Notes: generated by a model not told the origin, from the letters alone. A stretch of 64,000 nucleotides of DNA from a virus (IMGVR_UViG_2862465376_000001:32001-96000), one strand, 5' to 3'; shown: positions 1 to 9,332, counted from the first letter of the stretch. Made by a program: numbers and translations.

Positions 1-1152
1 GTCCGGCCGCTCGGCGAACGGCGGCTCCCCGGCAGCCTTGCGCTTCATGGCGGTACGCAGAAGGTAGGCGGGAACCGTGTGCCGGGGCAGGCCGAGGTCC
101 TGCACGACCGTTCCGGCACGCTCGTGCAGGTGCGGGGGGACGTACGGGCTCAGGTGCATGGAGACGTCGCAGATCTCGGTGATCCGCCTGCTGAGGCGCA
201 CGTCGAGGCGCTTCCAGTTCCAGAAGTCACGCAGGCGCCCGGCCAGCGGGACGAGGGGCGCGGGGAGCGTGCGCTGGCGGGGCTTGGTGTCGGCGTCCTC
301 GTAGATGACCGAGGGGACGGCGGTGGTCAGCCGGTTCCACATGGGCCAGAGGTCGTTGACGGCGCCGTGGGCCTTCACCCGCTGCTCCATGCGCTCCCAC
401 TTCGGTGCATTGGCGCCGCCGAGGACGAGGAGGAGGCACCCTGCGAGGCAGAAGTTGGAGGCCATGTCCACGAAGCCTTCGCCGCCGAGGAAGGGCCTGT
501 TGAACAAGCGGGCGATCAGGTAGCCGGAGCGGACGAAGCCGTACATCGAGCCGACGACGCACCCGAGGGACAGGACCTGCATGCCGTACCTGAAGGCTCC
601 CCCGGAGGAGGGCTCACGGGAGGCCGCCGCGCACATCATGGAGGCGCAGAGCAGGCCGAAGATCAGGTACGTGTAGAAGAGGAGGAGGTGCAGGCTCCCC
701 CAGAAGTGCCCTGCCTGGACGAAGATGAAGTCGCCGTCCTCGGCGCTGCCCTGGCGGCGCTGGGACTGCCAGAACGTGAAGAAGATGACGGCGACGGCGA
801 CCCAGGTGACGATGCGCCGGGGCCTGCTGCTGATGGCGCGCCGGTAGCTGGGTTCGCGCCTGCCGTCCTCTCGGCCGGGGACGACGCTGGTGACCCAGCG
901 CAGGAGTCCGGCGACGGCGGCCACGCCCATGAGGTGCTTGACGAGGGTGGCGATGTCGTTCCAGCCGGTGAGGTGGTGGAGGAAGTCGCCGACCCCCTGG
1001 ATCTTCTGGGCCATGGACACGTCGAGGGCGAAGAAGACCAGCCACAGGGTCCGGCCGCGCGGGTTGCGGATCGCGGCGGGGGCCCGTCGCAGGACCTCCA
1101 GCGTGAGGGCGATGACGATGGCCCAGGCGAACAGATCAGGTGTGGCGGTCAC
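1..1152 (-). CDS. MAB_1171c-family multi-pass membrane protein with DUF6545-like C-terminus (3' end runs off the window)
   Basis: Manual translation from GTG at 1152 (MTATPDLFAWAIVIALTLEVLRRAP...) gives several hydrophobic helices, then LWPMWNRLTTAVPSV...RRITEICD; it sits downstream of an XRE and a HEXXH gene, as is typical for this family. Confidence 0.75.
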   Translation of the reverse strand, partial: MTATPDLFAWAIVIALTLEVLRRAPAAIRNPRGRTLWLVFFALDVSMAQKIQGVGDFLHHLTGWNDIATLVKHLMGVAAVAGLLRWVTSVVPGREDGRREPSYRRAISSRPRRIVTWVAVAVIFFTFWQSQRRQGSAEDGDFIFVQAGHFWGSLHLLLFYTYLIFGLLCASMMCAAASREPSSGGAFRYGMQVLSLGCVVGSMYGFVRSGYLIARLFNRPFLGGEGFVDMASNFCLAGCLLLVLGGANAPKWERMEQRVKAHGAVNDLWPMWNRLTTAVPSVIYEDADTKPRQRTLPAPLVPLAGRLRDFWNWKRLDVRLSRRITEICDVSMHLSPYVPPHLHERAGTVVQDLGLPRHTVPAYLLRTAMKRKAAGEPPFAERPD

Positions 1153-1164
1153 CGGTACTCCAGG

Positions 1165-1704
1165 TCAGGGTTCGAGGCTCTGCCTCATGTTCGATACGAG
1201 CAGCGTGGCTCCGCGCGGGCTGTGGCGGGCTACCCAGCGTTCGGTGAAGTAGCCGAAGTCCTCGGCCTTCTGCTCGCGCTTGTCGGTGCTGGTGCTGTCG
1301 GCGCGGCACCGCCAGCCTCCCAGAGCGGCACGGGCGAGGCCGGATGTGTGGCTCAGCTGGAGGAGACGCACGGCGTCGCGGAGGTCGCGCTTCTCGGGCT
1401 CGTCTCCGTTCACCATGTGCCCGAGTTCGTGCCCCAGCACGTGGTCGAGCTGGACGCCTGTCGCGGCGGGGTGAGCCCAGACGATGTCCGTTTTGAGGCT
1501 GTCGAGGGGGATCCATGCTCCGCTCGGTCCCTCCGGTGAGGCCATGAAGGACTCACGACTCAGGACGAGTTGGTGCCCCCGGACCTGTTCCACGTACGCC
1601 CGCAGCAGCGCTTCCACGGTCCAAGGGGACGCGGGGAGCACCAGGGCCGACAGGGCCTGGTCCCACACATCCTTCAGACCGCCCCGGCGCAGCCTCATTC
1701 TCAT
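1165..1704 (-). CDS. ImmA/IrrE-like HEXXH metallopeptidase regulator component
   Basis: Motif DHVLGHELGHMV and C-terminal EQKAEDFG; position between the XRE gene and the MAB_1171c gene. Confidence 0.75.
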   Translation of the reverse strand: MRMRLRRGGLKDVWDQALSALVLPASPWTVEALLRAYVEQVRGHQLVLSRESFMASPEGPSGAWIPLDSLKTDIVWAHPAATGVQLDHVLGHELGHMVNGDEPEKRDLRDAVRLLQLSHTSGLARAALGGWRCRADSTSTDKREQKAEDFGYFTERWVARHSPRGATLLVSNMRQSLEP

Positions 1705-1775
1705 CTACTGCCCCCTGTGATCACTAACCTGTTCGAGTACGCCACTCAGCGTAATGCAAGGGGCTGACAACCGGA

Positions 1776-2336
1776 CTACGAGGACCGGTCTTTCCTGGGG
1801 TTCATCTTCATCGCGGCCAGGGTCATGCGGAGTACACCCATCACTGCCTGGGGGTCTTCCTCCTTCGCCCCTCGAAAGATGGCGGCGAGCAACTCGGTAC
1901 CCTCCTCACTCGCTTCGTCACCCTCTGTGTCTAGTTTTTCCTTCAACTCCCGCAAATCTGCGATGAGTTGTACCTCATTCTCCGCTGCACGGGTCTCTTC
2001 CGTCACCTCCGCACCGATGGCGAAGTACGCGGGAGACACCTCGAAGAAGAGGCTCAGCGCCTCGATCTTGTCGAAAGGAGGGTTCGTCCTCTTCCCGCTC
2101 AGCAGCTCACTGAGGAACTGGCGGTTGAGGACGTCCTTCTCCTCTCCGCCGCCCTCATCGTTCGCCAGAAGATTCTTCTTGGCCCGGTACAACCTTGAGG
2201 CCTCCCGAGCGATCTCAGCTAGGGGGTACTCACTCCCGTCGGGCTGGCGCTTCAGGTCGATCAGCCGCCGGATCTTGGTGGCGAGCGGCATGGGGTCACC
2301 TCCTCCTGGATGTGATGTTGAAAAATCTTCGCTCAT
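1776..2336 (-). CDS. XRE-family HTH regulator (EspR-like); start uncertain
   Basis: LNRQFLSELLSGKRTNPPFDKIEALSLFFEVSPAYF is a typical XRE HTH. Confidence 0.8.
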   Translation of the reverse strand: MSEDFSTSHPGGGDPMPLATKIRRLIDLKRQPDGSEYPLAEIAREASRLYRAKKNLLANDEGGGEEKDVLNRQFLSELLSGKRTNPPFDKIEALSLFFEVSPAYFAIGAEVTEETRAAENEVQLIADLRELKEKLDTEGDEASEEGTELLAAIFRGAKEEDPQAVMGVLRMTLAAMKMNPRKDRSS

Positions 2337-2355
2337 GCAGGGCATCCTAACGCGA

Positions 2356-2416
2356 GCGTCGACAATGTAGACGCGCGGAACCTTAAATCGGTCTCAAGCG
2401 TCGATTAAGTTGACAC
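2356..2416. promoter_or_regulatory. Two imperfect 19-bp palindromes (candidate XRE operators); the second overlaps a TTGACA -35-like box
   Basis: GCGTCGACAATGTAGACGC (2356-2374) and GCGTCGATTAAGTTGACAC (2398-2416), 42 bp apart, in the divergent intergenic region. Confidence 0.55.
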
Positions 2417-2483
2417 CATGGGTACTGAGCGTCATACGATCGGCGTAGCAACGTAACCAGGGTGACGACGGGAGGTGACCGGC

Positions 2484-2894
2484 ATGACTGCAGCCCAGGC
2501 GGCAGTGGTGCTGTCGGCCCGCGCGGAGTCACTGTCCAGGGCGGGAGTTCCGGCGGCAAGGGGCGAGAAGTCCCCGGCCCTAGGAGTCCAGGTGCCCAGT
2601 CCCGCTCTTCCCCGTACGGTCGTCCCGGCCGTCGTCGGTTACATCCTCGCGGCGCTCGCGTCGCACGGCGTCCAGGTGGACGGCACGGCGGAGAACCTTC
2701 TGACCGCTGGCCTCACCGGCATCCTGGGCGGTACGTACTACATCGTCGTCACGGCCGTGCAGTCGCGCTGGCCGCTGGCGGGAGTCCTCCTCGGCTCCAC
2801 CGCCGTCCCGACCTACGAAGGTCGGCATCGCAAGAAGACCATCCCCGGTCCGGCGACCGCCACGTCGGACTCCCCTCCGGAGGACCGGCTGTAG
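2484..2894 (+). CDS. Holin-like small membrane protein
   Basis: RTVVPAVVG...YYIVVTAVQSRWPLAGVLLG...PTY pattern with two hydrophobic segments and a charged tail; GGAGG RBS. Confidence 0.5.
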   Translation: MTAAQAAVVLSARAESLSRAGVPAARGEKSPALGVQVPSPALPRTVVPAVVGYILAALASHGVQVDGTAENLLTAGLTGILGGTYYIVVTAVQSRWPLAGVLLGSTAVPTYEGRHRKKTIPGPATATSDSPPEDRL

Positions 2895-2925
2895 ACCGCC
2901 AACTGCAGCTGACGTAGACCGGAGC

Positions 2926-2974
2926 AGACCCCGGCCGACCCACTTCCCTACCACAGGAAGGTCGGCCGGGGTCT
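2926..2974 (+). terminator. Stem-loop terminator
   Basis: AGACCCCGGCCGACC ... GGTCGGCCGGGGTCT, 15-bp inverted repeat. Confidence 0.7.
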
Positions 2975-3220
2975 CTGTGTTATGCGGTCTCAGGAACGCC
3001 CCCGCCTCTACAACGACGTTCTGCCTGAACGGTAGCGGCAAAATCTTTTCAAGTCTATTTGTCGGCAAAGGGAGAAACGCACTCCGGTTCAGAGCGCCCC
3101 CGCCGCCGGGATTCTGCCTCACCTTCACCACCCTGCTGCCCTCCTTCATCAGCTCCACACATCCCTGACGCCCAACCGTTGCCACCGCACCCTGAAAGGT
3201 TGCCGCCCACCCCTCCCTTC

Positions 3221-3256
3221 CTGTTCACCGCACCCCCTCCCTGCCCCAAGAGGCGA
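3221..3256 (+). promoter_or_regulatory. Candidate late promoter motif
   Basis: CTGTTC-N21-AAGAGGCGA. Confidence 0.5.
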
Positions 3257-3295
3257 GGGCGCACCACGCGCCGCCGCCCGACAGGAGGACCCGGT

Positions 3296-5470
3296 GTGCT
3301 GAAGTTCGCCACGGCCCAGATCATCGCCGCGTCGCTCGGCGACCAGCAGCAGCGCTTCTCCAAGGCGGCCCACCGCGCGGTCTTCCAGTACGAGGCGCGC
3401 CCCGGCTACCTGTACGTGCGCAGCAGGGCCATCAGCTCACGCACGAACGACAACCACGACGAGTTCCCCTCCGCCGAGATCGAGGCCGCGTACAAGACCT
3501 TCGTCGGCAAGCCGGTCTTCGTGAACCACGTCAACGACAACCACCGGCGCGCGCGCGGAGTCATCATCGACGCCGCCCTCCACCAGGACAAGAACCCCGA
3601 CGGCACCCCGGACACCTGGGCCGAAGTCCTCATGGAGATCGACGCCGTCCGCTTCCCGAAGCTGGCCAAGGCCATCCTCGCAGGCGAAGTCGACCGGACC
3701 TCCATGGGCTGCGACGTCGAGCGCTCCGTATGCTCCGCCTGCGGCAACGAGGCCCGCACCCCCGCCGAGTACTGCGCCCACATCCCCACCCTCAAGGGCA
3801 AGCGCATCTACCGGCGCACCGCGTCCGGCAAGAAGATCGGCGAGCTGGTCCGCGAGACCTGCTACGGCCTGTCCTTCTTCGAGAACAGCGTCCTCGTCGA
3901 ACCCCCGGCGGACCCGACGGCTCATTTTCTTGGCGTGGACGCCACCGGCATCGGCAAGGCCGCCTCCCAGCAGAAGGTGACCGTCGACCTCACCCCCAGC
4001 GCGCGCGACCTCCTGAACGTGGCCGCCGCGAAGACCGCCGAGTTCAACCCTGCCGACTTCGACTCCGACGACCCCGAAGCGGACGACGACGAGGACGGCA
4101 AGGACGGCGCCGCGCCCAAGCTCGCCGAGCCCGCCCGGCACCAGGCCCCGGCCGCACCCGCCGTACCCAAGGACGGCGCCCCCGCCGACCGCCAGCGCCG
4201 CCAGGACGCCGTCACCAAGACCAAGCCCTACACGCCGCTCAAGCCCAGCCTCAACAGCCTCCAGACCACGGCCAACGGCGACCTGCCCGTCGGCAGCCCC
4301 TTCTGCCGCACCTGCAACCAGGACCTGGAGCTGGTCCGCAACGGCCACAACGCGGCCTGGCAGCACGCGGGCGGTACCGCCACCGGTCACGAGCCGGTCC
4401 CGCACGACGGCCGCACCTTCAACCAGGAGGCGCACCGGCAGGACGAGGCGGCCATGTGGACGCGGCAGTACCCGATGTCCAGCACCGCGCAGCCGCCGCA
4501 CACGGCCAGCCTCATCGACTCCGTGCTCATCAACGCCGACGGCACGATCAGCGCCGTCGCCTACGGCGAGATCAAGGCACCCGCCGACGTTGACACTCTC
4601 CGCGAGCCGAACTGCCCCGTCTGCGGCGACATGGACACCTTCGACGGGCTCGCCTGCCAGGTCTGCGGCTTCATCTCCCCGCCCGAGCAGTTCCGCGACC
4701 CCGACCTCGACAAGGCCAAGACCAACGACCTGCGCAAGCAGATCGTCGACCCCACCCTGATCGACGACAACGGCGAACTCCAGCGCGTCGACCAGGACGG
4801 CACGGCCATGCCGCAGGACGGCCAGCCCGGCGACCCGGCACAGGACCCGAACGCGCCGCAGGACCCGTCCCAGCAGATGGTCGATCCCGACCAGCTCGAC
4901 GACAACGGGCTCCCCCCGTCCCCGTACGGCGACCAGGCCCTCGACGGCACCCAGACCGACGGCCCGGCCGTGTCCGACCGCAACGGCGACGGCATGATCC
5001 AGCCCAACGAGATCGACCCCGAGGGCAACGTCCCCGTCCAGCAGCAGGACATGGCCGACCCCGAACAGGGCGGCCAGGTCGGCCCGCGCGAACTGCCCGG
5101 CTGGGGCAAGGACCGTACCGGCGACCCGTTCACCCCCGGCCCCGACATGCCCTACCGGCCCGACCAGCCCGACGGCCCGGAAGAAAAGCTCGACCAGGAC
5201 GACGCCGACTCTCCCTACGGCATGGCCCCCGCCCCGATGCAGGGCCAGCCCGGCGACGGCCTCCCCGACCTGTTCTGCCCGTCCTGCGGCTACGGCGCCG
5301 ACGCCACACCGCCCCAGACCCAGGACATGGGCAACCCGGACGGCGCCACCGACGGCATCGTCTCCGGCGACGTCTGCCCCAGCTGCCAGCGCGCCCAGCT
5401 CCTCACCCCGGGCGAGATCAACTCCAACTACTCCAAGGCACCTGCTGTCGAAAAGCCCGCCTGGAGCTGA
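3296..5470 (+). CDS. Capsid maturation protease-like head protein with Zn-ribbons and an acidic Pro/Gln-rich region
   Basis: GTG start after AGGAGG; TFVGKPVFVNH, TSMGCDV..SVCSACGN, FFENSVLVEPPADPTA; several CxxC pairs; upstream of scaffold and capsid. Confidence 0.65.
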   Translation: MLKFATAQIIAASLGDQQQRFSKAAHRAVFQYEARPGYLYVRSRAISSRTNDNHDEFPSAEIEAAYKTFVGKPVFVNHVNDNHRRARGVIIDAALHQDKNPDGTPDTWAEVLMEIDAVRFPKLAKAILAGEVDRTSMGCDVERSVCSACGNEARTPAEYCAHIPTLKGKRIYRRTASGKKIGELVRETCYGLSFFENSVLVEPPADPTAHFLGVDATGIGKAASQQKVTVDLTPSARDLLNVAAAKTAEFNPADFDSDDPEADDDEDGKDGAAPKLAEPARHQAPAAPAVPKDGAPADRQRRQDAVTKTKPYTPLKPSLNSLQTTANGDLPVGSPFCRTCNQDLELVRNGHNAAWQHAGGTATGHEPVPHDGRTFNQEAHRQDEAAMWTRQYPMSSTAQPPHTASLIDSVLINADGTISAVAYGEIKAPADVDTLREPNCPVCGDMDTFDGLACQVCGFISPPEQFRDPDLDKAKTNDLRKQIVDPTLIDDNGELQRVDQDGTAMPQDGQPGDPAQDPNAPQDPSQQMVDPDQLDDNGLPPSPYGDQALDGTQTDGPAVSDRNGDGMIQPNEIDPEGNVPVQQQDMADPEQGGQVGPRELPGWGKDRTGDPFTPGPDMPYRPDQPDGPEEKLDQDDADSPYGMAPAPMQGQPGDGLPDLFCPSCGYGADATPPQTQDMGNPDGATDGIVSGDVCPSCQRAQLLTPGEINSNYSKAPAVEKPAWS

Positions 5471-5533
5471 CAAGAGACGAACACCGCCCACGGCAACCGT
5501 CGTGAGCGCCGAGGCTTTGAAGGAGTGCCCAGT

Positions 5534-6430
5534 ATGAGCCGACCGCTCATGACCGCCATGGCCGCGCAGCAGGCCGTCATCAACGACCAGCGCGAACAGC
5601 TGGCAAAGCAGGCCACCCAGCTGAAGGTGCAGGGCGAGCAGATCGCCCTGATCGCCCGCCTGGCCGGTGTCACCGACGAAGTCGCCGCCCTCGCCAAGAC
5701 CGCCGACATCGCCAACCCGGCCCAGCCCATCCCGGACCCCGCCCCGCAGGCCCCGTCCGAGACCACCGAGCAGGCCGCCACCCCCGAGACCAACGACGAC
5801 CCCCGCTCCCCGGGCCAGACTGGCAACTCCACCGCCGGAGTCCCGGCGGCCGCCACCGACACCGCCCTCACCCCGGGCGCCACCATCCCCACCCCGCCCT
5901 ACAACAACCTCGCCGACGTCACCGCGCCGGTCTCCGGCCACCTCGACGAGGCCCACACCCCGCCGGAGTCCCTCCGCATCGAGACCGACGTCCGCGTCGG
6001 CGACCCGATGCAGCCCGAGGTCGCCTTCCCCTGGACCATCAGCGACAACCAGTCCAACTCGGCCCCGCCGAAGGACGGCGAGATGTCCCAGACCGGCGGC
6101 GGCTCCGCTCCCAGCCCCAGCCGCACCCACGCCTGCCTGCGCCTGGCCCGCCTCCAGGTCCAGGCCGGACTGGCCAAGGGCGACGACCTCACCGTCGCCG
6201 CCAGCCTGGAGGCCGACACCAAGCTCAGCGACGCCATGATCAACTACGAGATCGGCGTCCTGGAGCGCGTCAAGACCGCCTCCCGCACCACCGCACCCAC
6301 CGGCAACGCCCGCGTCGCCTCGCGCGGCACCGAGCGCGTCGCCCCGTCCCTGGCCTCCCAGGTCACCGCCTCCGCCGCCTCCACGGCACCGGCGGGCAGC
6401 GAGCAGGAACTGACCGACCTGTTCGACTGA
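5534..6430 (+). CDS. Putative scaffolding protein
   Basis: N-terminal coiled coil, low-complexity Pro/Thr/Ala-rich body; lies between the protease and capsid genes. Confidence 0.5.
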   Translation: MSRPLMTAMAAQQAVINDQREQLAKQATQLKVQGEQIALIARLAGVTDEVAALAKTADIANPAQPIPDPAPQAPSETTEQAATPETNDDPRSPGQTGNSTAGVPAAATDTALTPGATIPTPPYNNLADVTAPVSGHLDEAHTPPESLRIETDVRVGDPMQPEVAFPWTISDNQSNSAPPKDGEMSQTGGGSAPSPSRTHACLRLARLQVQAGLAKGDDLTVAASLEADTKLSDAMINYEIGVLERVKTASRTTAPTGNARVASRGTERVAPSLASQVTASAASTAPAGSEQELTDLFD

Positions 6431-6442
6431 CACACCCCCGCA

Positions 6443-6479
6443 GACGAAGGGCCCGGACCTCCCCGCCGGGCCCTTCGTC
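6443..6479 (+). terminator. Stem-loop terminator
   Basis: GACGAAGGGCCCGG ... CCGGGCCCTTCGTC. Confidence 0.75.
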
Positions 6480-6512
6480 ACACCCACCAGAAAAATTCCT
6501 TGCCACCAGTCC

Positions 6513-6548
6513 CTGTCCCACTACCAGTTGCCCGCTCCTAGGGGGTGA
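6513..6548 (+). promoter_or_regulatory. Candidate late promoter motif
   Basis: CTGTCC-N21-AGGGGGTGA, directly after a terminator. Confidence 0.6.
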
Positions 6549-6602
6549 AGAAGGCCCGCCGGGATCGGCGGCCAGCCGAGACCCCAATGGAGGGCGGAAC
6601 AC

Positions 6603-7115
6603 ATGATCCGCGTGCGGGCCAACCTGGCGCACATCAAGAGGACCCTCCGTCCTCTCTACGCATGGACTCAGGCGACGCCCAAGTCCGTGTTCCTCGACCC
6701 GTCCTGGAACCGCAGCGTCCCGATCTACCCGGGCATGGTCCTCGCCCGTACCAGCGGCGAGCTGGTCACCCTCATCGGCCCCAACCAGGTCCCCTACGGC
6801 TTCGCGGCCGACTACGTCGGCGGCGACGGCTTCGACCCGCTCCTCGACGTCGGCGTCAACGCCACCGCCGTCTGGGTCCCCGGCGCCGACGCCGAGTTCG
6901 AGGTCCTCGCCCCCGCCTTCGACGACACCCAGGCCTGGGTCGACCCGGGCGACGGCACCGAGAAGCTCGTCTACGCAATCACCGCCGGAACCGGCCGGGG
7001 CAAGCTCGCCCTCGCCACCAACGGCTCCGTCGCCACCGCCATCTCCACCCAGGCTGTCGGCCGCCTGCTCAAGGTCAACAGCGCTTCCAAGATCACCGTC
7101 GGCGGCCTGCGCTAA
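6603..7115 (+). CDS. Capsid decoration / minor capsid protein
   Basis: 170 aa, beta-rich, immediately upstream of the major capsid gene; strong coding bias. Confidence 0.6.
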   Translation: MIRVRANLAHIKRTLRPLYAWTQATPKSVFLDPSWNRSVPIYPGMVLARTSGELVTLIGPNQVPYGFAADYVGGDGFDPLLDVGVNATAVWVPGADAEFEVLAPAFDDTQAWVDPGDGTEKLVYAITAGTGRGKLALATNGSVATAISTQAVGRLLKVNSASKITVGGLR

Positions 7116-7154
7116 GCGCGCCCGAGCCGAGCGAGAGGAACAAGGACCCACACC

Positions 7155-8144
7155 ATGACCGCAACGCTCACCACCGGGCACAAGGGCGGCGTCACCGCGA
7201 AGAAGTCGGACGACTACGTCTCCGAGATCCTCGCCCGCCGCGAGGCCCGTGGCGGCCAGCCGCTGACCTTCGAAGCCAAGCAGCAGCGCCTCCAGGCCGT
7301 CGCCTCCGACCAGGTCAACGGCATCAAGCGCCTCGGCGTCGGCATGATCGGCCCGATCCAGCTGAAGCTGCGCTACCAGGGCATCACCCGCAACGTCCTC
7401 GTCGAGGACCCCTGCACCCCCGGCACGCCGGTCGAGTACGACGTCTGGGACGACCTCGGACAGGCGTACATCATGTCCGGGACCGACGGCGAGGTCCGCA
7501 TCACCCCCTTCGAGGGCAAGCGGATCCAGGTGCGGTTCTTCCGCATCGCCTCCCGCCCGGCCATCCGCAAGGAAGACTTGCTCTACCTGCGGATCAACGC
7601 GGTCGAGCAGGCCCAGGACGAGACCAAGCAGGCCATCCTCAAGCAGGAGGACTCCCGCCTCGTCACCATCCTGCAGGCCGCGATCTCCGACTACGCGGGC
7701 CGCGCCGACCACACGGTCACCCCGAACCACGTGATCACGGAAGCGAGCGGCTACCTCACCCCGGGCTCGCTCTACAGCGCGGTCTCCATGACCGACATGC
7801 ACGAGCTGCAGTCCAGCCGGATCCTCATCAACCCGATGGACTACCGGGACATGTACAGGTGGGACATCAACCAAACCGGTTGGGCGTTCAAGGACCGCGT
7901 CGTCGCCGGTGAGACCATCACCAGCTTCGGCGAGTTCCAGCTGCAGCGCTCCATCGTCATCCCGCAGGGCCAGACCTTCCTGACGCCGGACCCGCAGTTC
8001 CTCGGCGTCTTCCCCGTCCTGTACAGCCTCGACGTGGAAGAGAACCACCGCGTCGAGAGCTTCTGGAAGGGCTGGGTCTTCGACGAGATGATCAGCATGC
8101 TGATCCTCAACCCGCGTGGGCTCGCACGGATCGACAAGTCGTAG
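7155..8144 (+). CDS. Major capsid protein (HK97 fold, Bxz1-like)
   Basis: MIGPIQLKLRYQGITRNVL, RITPFEGKRI, YRWDINQTGWAFKD, FLGVFPVLYSLDVEE and LNPRG match my recollection of cluster C mycobacteriophage capsids. Confidence 0.9.
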   Translation: MTATLTTGHKGGVTAKKSDDYVSEILARREARGGQPLTFEAKQQRLQAVASDQVNGIKRLGVGMIGPIQLKLRYQGITRNVLVEDPCTPGTPVEYDVWDDLGQAYIMSGTDGEVRITPFEGKRIQVRFFRIASRPAIRKEDLLYLRINAVEQAQDETKQAILKQEDSRLVTILQAAISDYAGRADHTVTPNHVITEASGYLTPGSLYSAVSMTDMHELQSSRILINPMDYRDMYRWDINQTGWAFKDRVVAGETITSFGEFQLQRSIVIPQGQTFLTPDPQFLGVFPVLYSLDVEENHRVESFWKGWVFDEMISMLILNPRGLARIDKS

Positions 8145-8189
8145 GGCGTGGCTGGGGATACCCCAGCCCTTCCCTTCTGGCATGATCGT

Positions 8190-8226
8190 CGAAGGCCCTC
8201 CCCATGTCGTCTGGGGAGGGCCTTCG
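8190..8226 (+). terminator. Stem-loop terminator after the capsid gene (a smaller hairpin at 8150-8168 precedes it)
   Basis: CGAAGGCCCTCCCCA ... TGGGGAGGGCCTTCG. Confidence 0.75.
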
Positions 8227-8461
8227 CGCTGCCCACGCTTCGGGAACTACCGCCAGGCGGCTCATGGCCTCGCTCGGTCGCGTGGGCTGGCGACCGGGGC
8301 CTGCGTGAGCCCTCGCCCCCGAAGGGGAACGAGGGTCACTGCCGCTGGCGTTCTCGGGTCATCTTGGCGGGTGACATATTCTCACCTTGGCAGAGTCTCA
8401 GCCCGGTGTGAAGTCGGTTCGGTGATTTTCCGGGTGCGGAGAGTAAATTCGGCCACTGCTG

Positions 8462-8496
8462 CTGTCCCCTGTCCCCACCCCGCCTGTAGGGGGTGA
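8462..8496 (+). promoter_or_regulatory. Candidate late promoter motif
   Basis: CTGTCC-N20-AGGGGGTGA. Confidence 0.55.
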
Positions 8497-8499
8497 GGG

Positions 8500-8578
8500 T
8501 TTGTGGTGGGCCCTCGTGCGGCTCCGTTCTCCGGCCGCCAGCTCGACCCCCGGGTTCCCCTTCCCGGGGGTCGAGTGC
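8500..8578 (+). ncRNA. Candidate small RNA with two hairpins carrying CU-rich loops
   Basis: Bounded by a promoter motif and a 13-bp hairpin (8542-8575); no convincing ORF. Confidence 0.3.
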
Positions 8579-8612
8579 TGTCTGGGGTGCGCCTGGCCTC
8601 CTCAAGGGGTGA
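8578..8612 (+). promoter_or_regulatory. Candidate late promoter motif
   Basis: CTGTCT-N20-AAGGGGTGA. Confidence 0.6.
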
Positions 8613-8645
8613 CGGAAGCTCCGTCCCCCTTTCTGAGGAGGCATC

Positions 8646-9029
8646 ATGCCGGTCCAGCAGCTCCAGGTTTCCAACCCGTCGAGCGGTGTCGTGGTCGTCA
8701 CTCCGGACGCCGACCGTCCGAAGTCGTACCTGCGCTTCGAGGCGAAGGGCGACGCGACGGGCGAGGACGTCAAGATCATCTCCCGCGAGACCGCGTTCCA
8801 GGCTCCGCTGGTCAAGGCGGTCAAGCGCGGCGTGCTGGTGATCGACGACGACATCTCGGGCGACGAGGAGCTGCAGCGCGTTCTGGGGACCGTGCAGAAG
8901 CGGCAGCCGGTCGGCGAGAAGCCGCTGACGGCGGTGCGGGTGGACTACGTGTACGACGAGGAGTCGAACTCCTACAACAAGGTGGACCGCGACGTGCGCG
9001 TGGTCATCGACCCGCTGCAGAAGGGCTGA
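8646..9029 (+). CDS. Hypothetical virion-module protein
   Basis: GAGGAGG RBS; high GC3. Confidence 0.75.
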   Translation: MPVQQLQVSNPSSGVVVVTPDADRPKSYLRFEAKGDATGEDVKIISRETAFQAPLVKAVKRGVLVIDDDISGDEELQRVLGTVQKRQPVGEKPLTAVRVDYVYDEESNSYNKVDRDVRVVIDPLQKG

Positions 9030-9042
9030 TTCTCCAGTGTCC

Positions 9043-9318
9043 ATGAGCGAGCACGAGCGGCGTCTGCTGCTCACCGGGACCCTCGACACCTCGGGTGTCG
9101 GCGGCAGCCCGTACGAGAGCCTCCACAACGTGGCGGTGGCCTTCGGGGCGCCGGTGGCGGAGGCCGTCGAGCCCGAGCCGGTTCCGGAGCCCGAGCCGGA
9201 GCCGGAGAAGGTGGCCGAAACCGATCCCTCGGTGGCCGAACAGGCGCCCGAGGAGAAGGCACCCCCGCGTAAGCGCGCGGCGAAGAAGACGCAGGCGTCC
9301 GCGCCTGCCGAGAAGTAG
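9043..9318 (+). CDS. Hypothetical protein with PE repeats
   Basis: High GC3; its GTLDTS motif recurs in the next protein. Confidence 0.65.
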   Translation: MSEHERRLLLTGTLDTSGVGGSPYESLHNVAVAFGAPVAEAVEPEPVPEPEPEPEKVAETDPSVAEQAPEEKAPPRKRAAKKTQASAPAEK

Positions 9319-9332
9319 GGAGACGGGCTGCG

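Noticed and set aside
2484-2894. Complete lysis cassette
   Set aside because: No endolysin is adjacent; endolysin, terminase and portal presumably lie outside the window
3059-3295. N-terminal extension of the 803-aa ORF
   Set aside because: Poor codon bias, contains a promoter motif, and a strong RBS precedes GTG 3296
3437-6487. Very long antisense ORFs (also 79-1539, 24195-26702, 35177-38947, 50447-52615)
   Set aside because: Shadow frames of high-GC genes; they lie opposite well-supported CDSs and have no motifs
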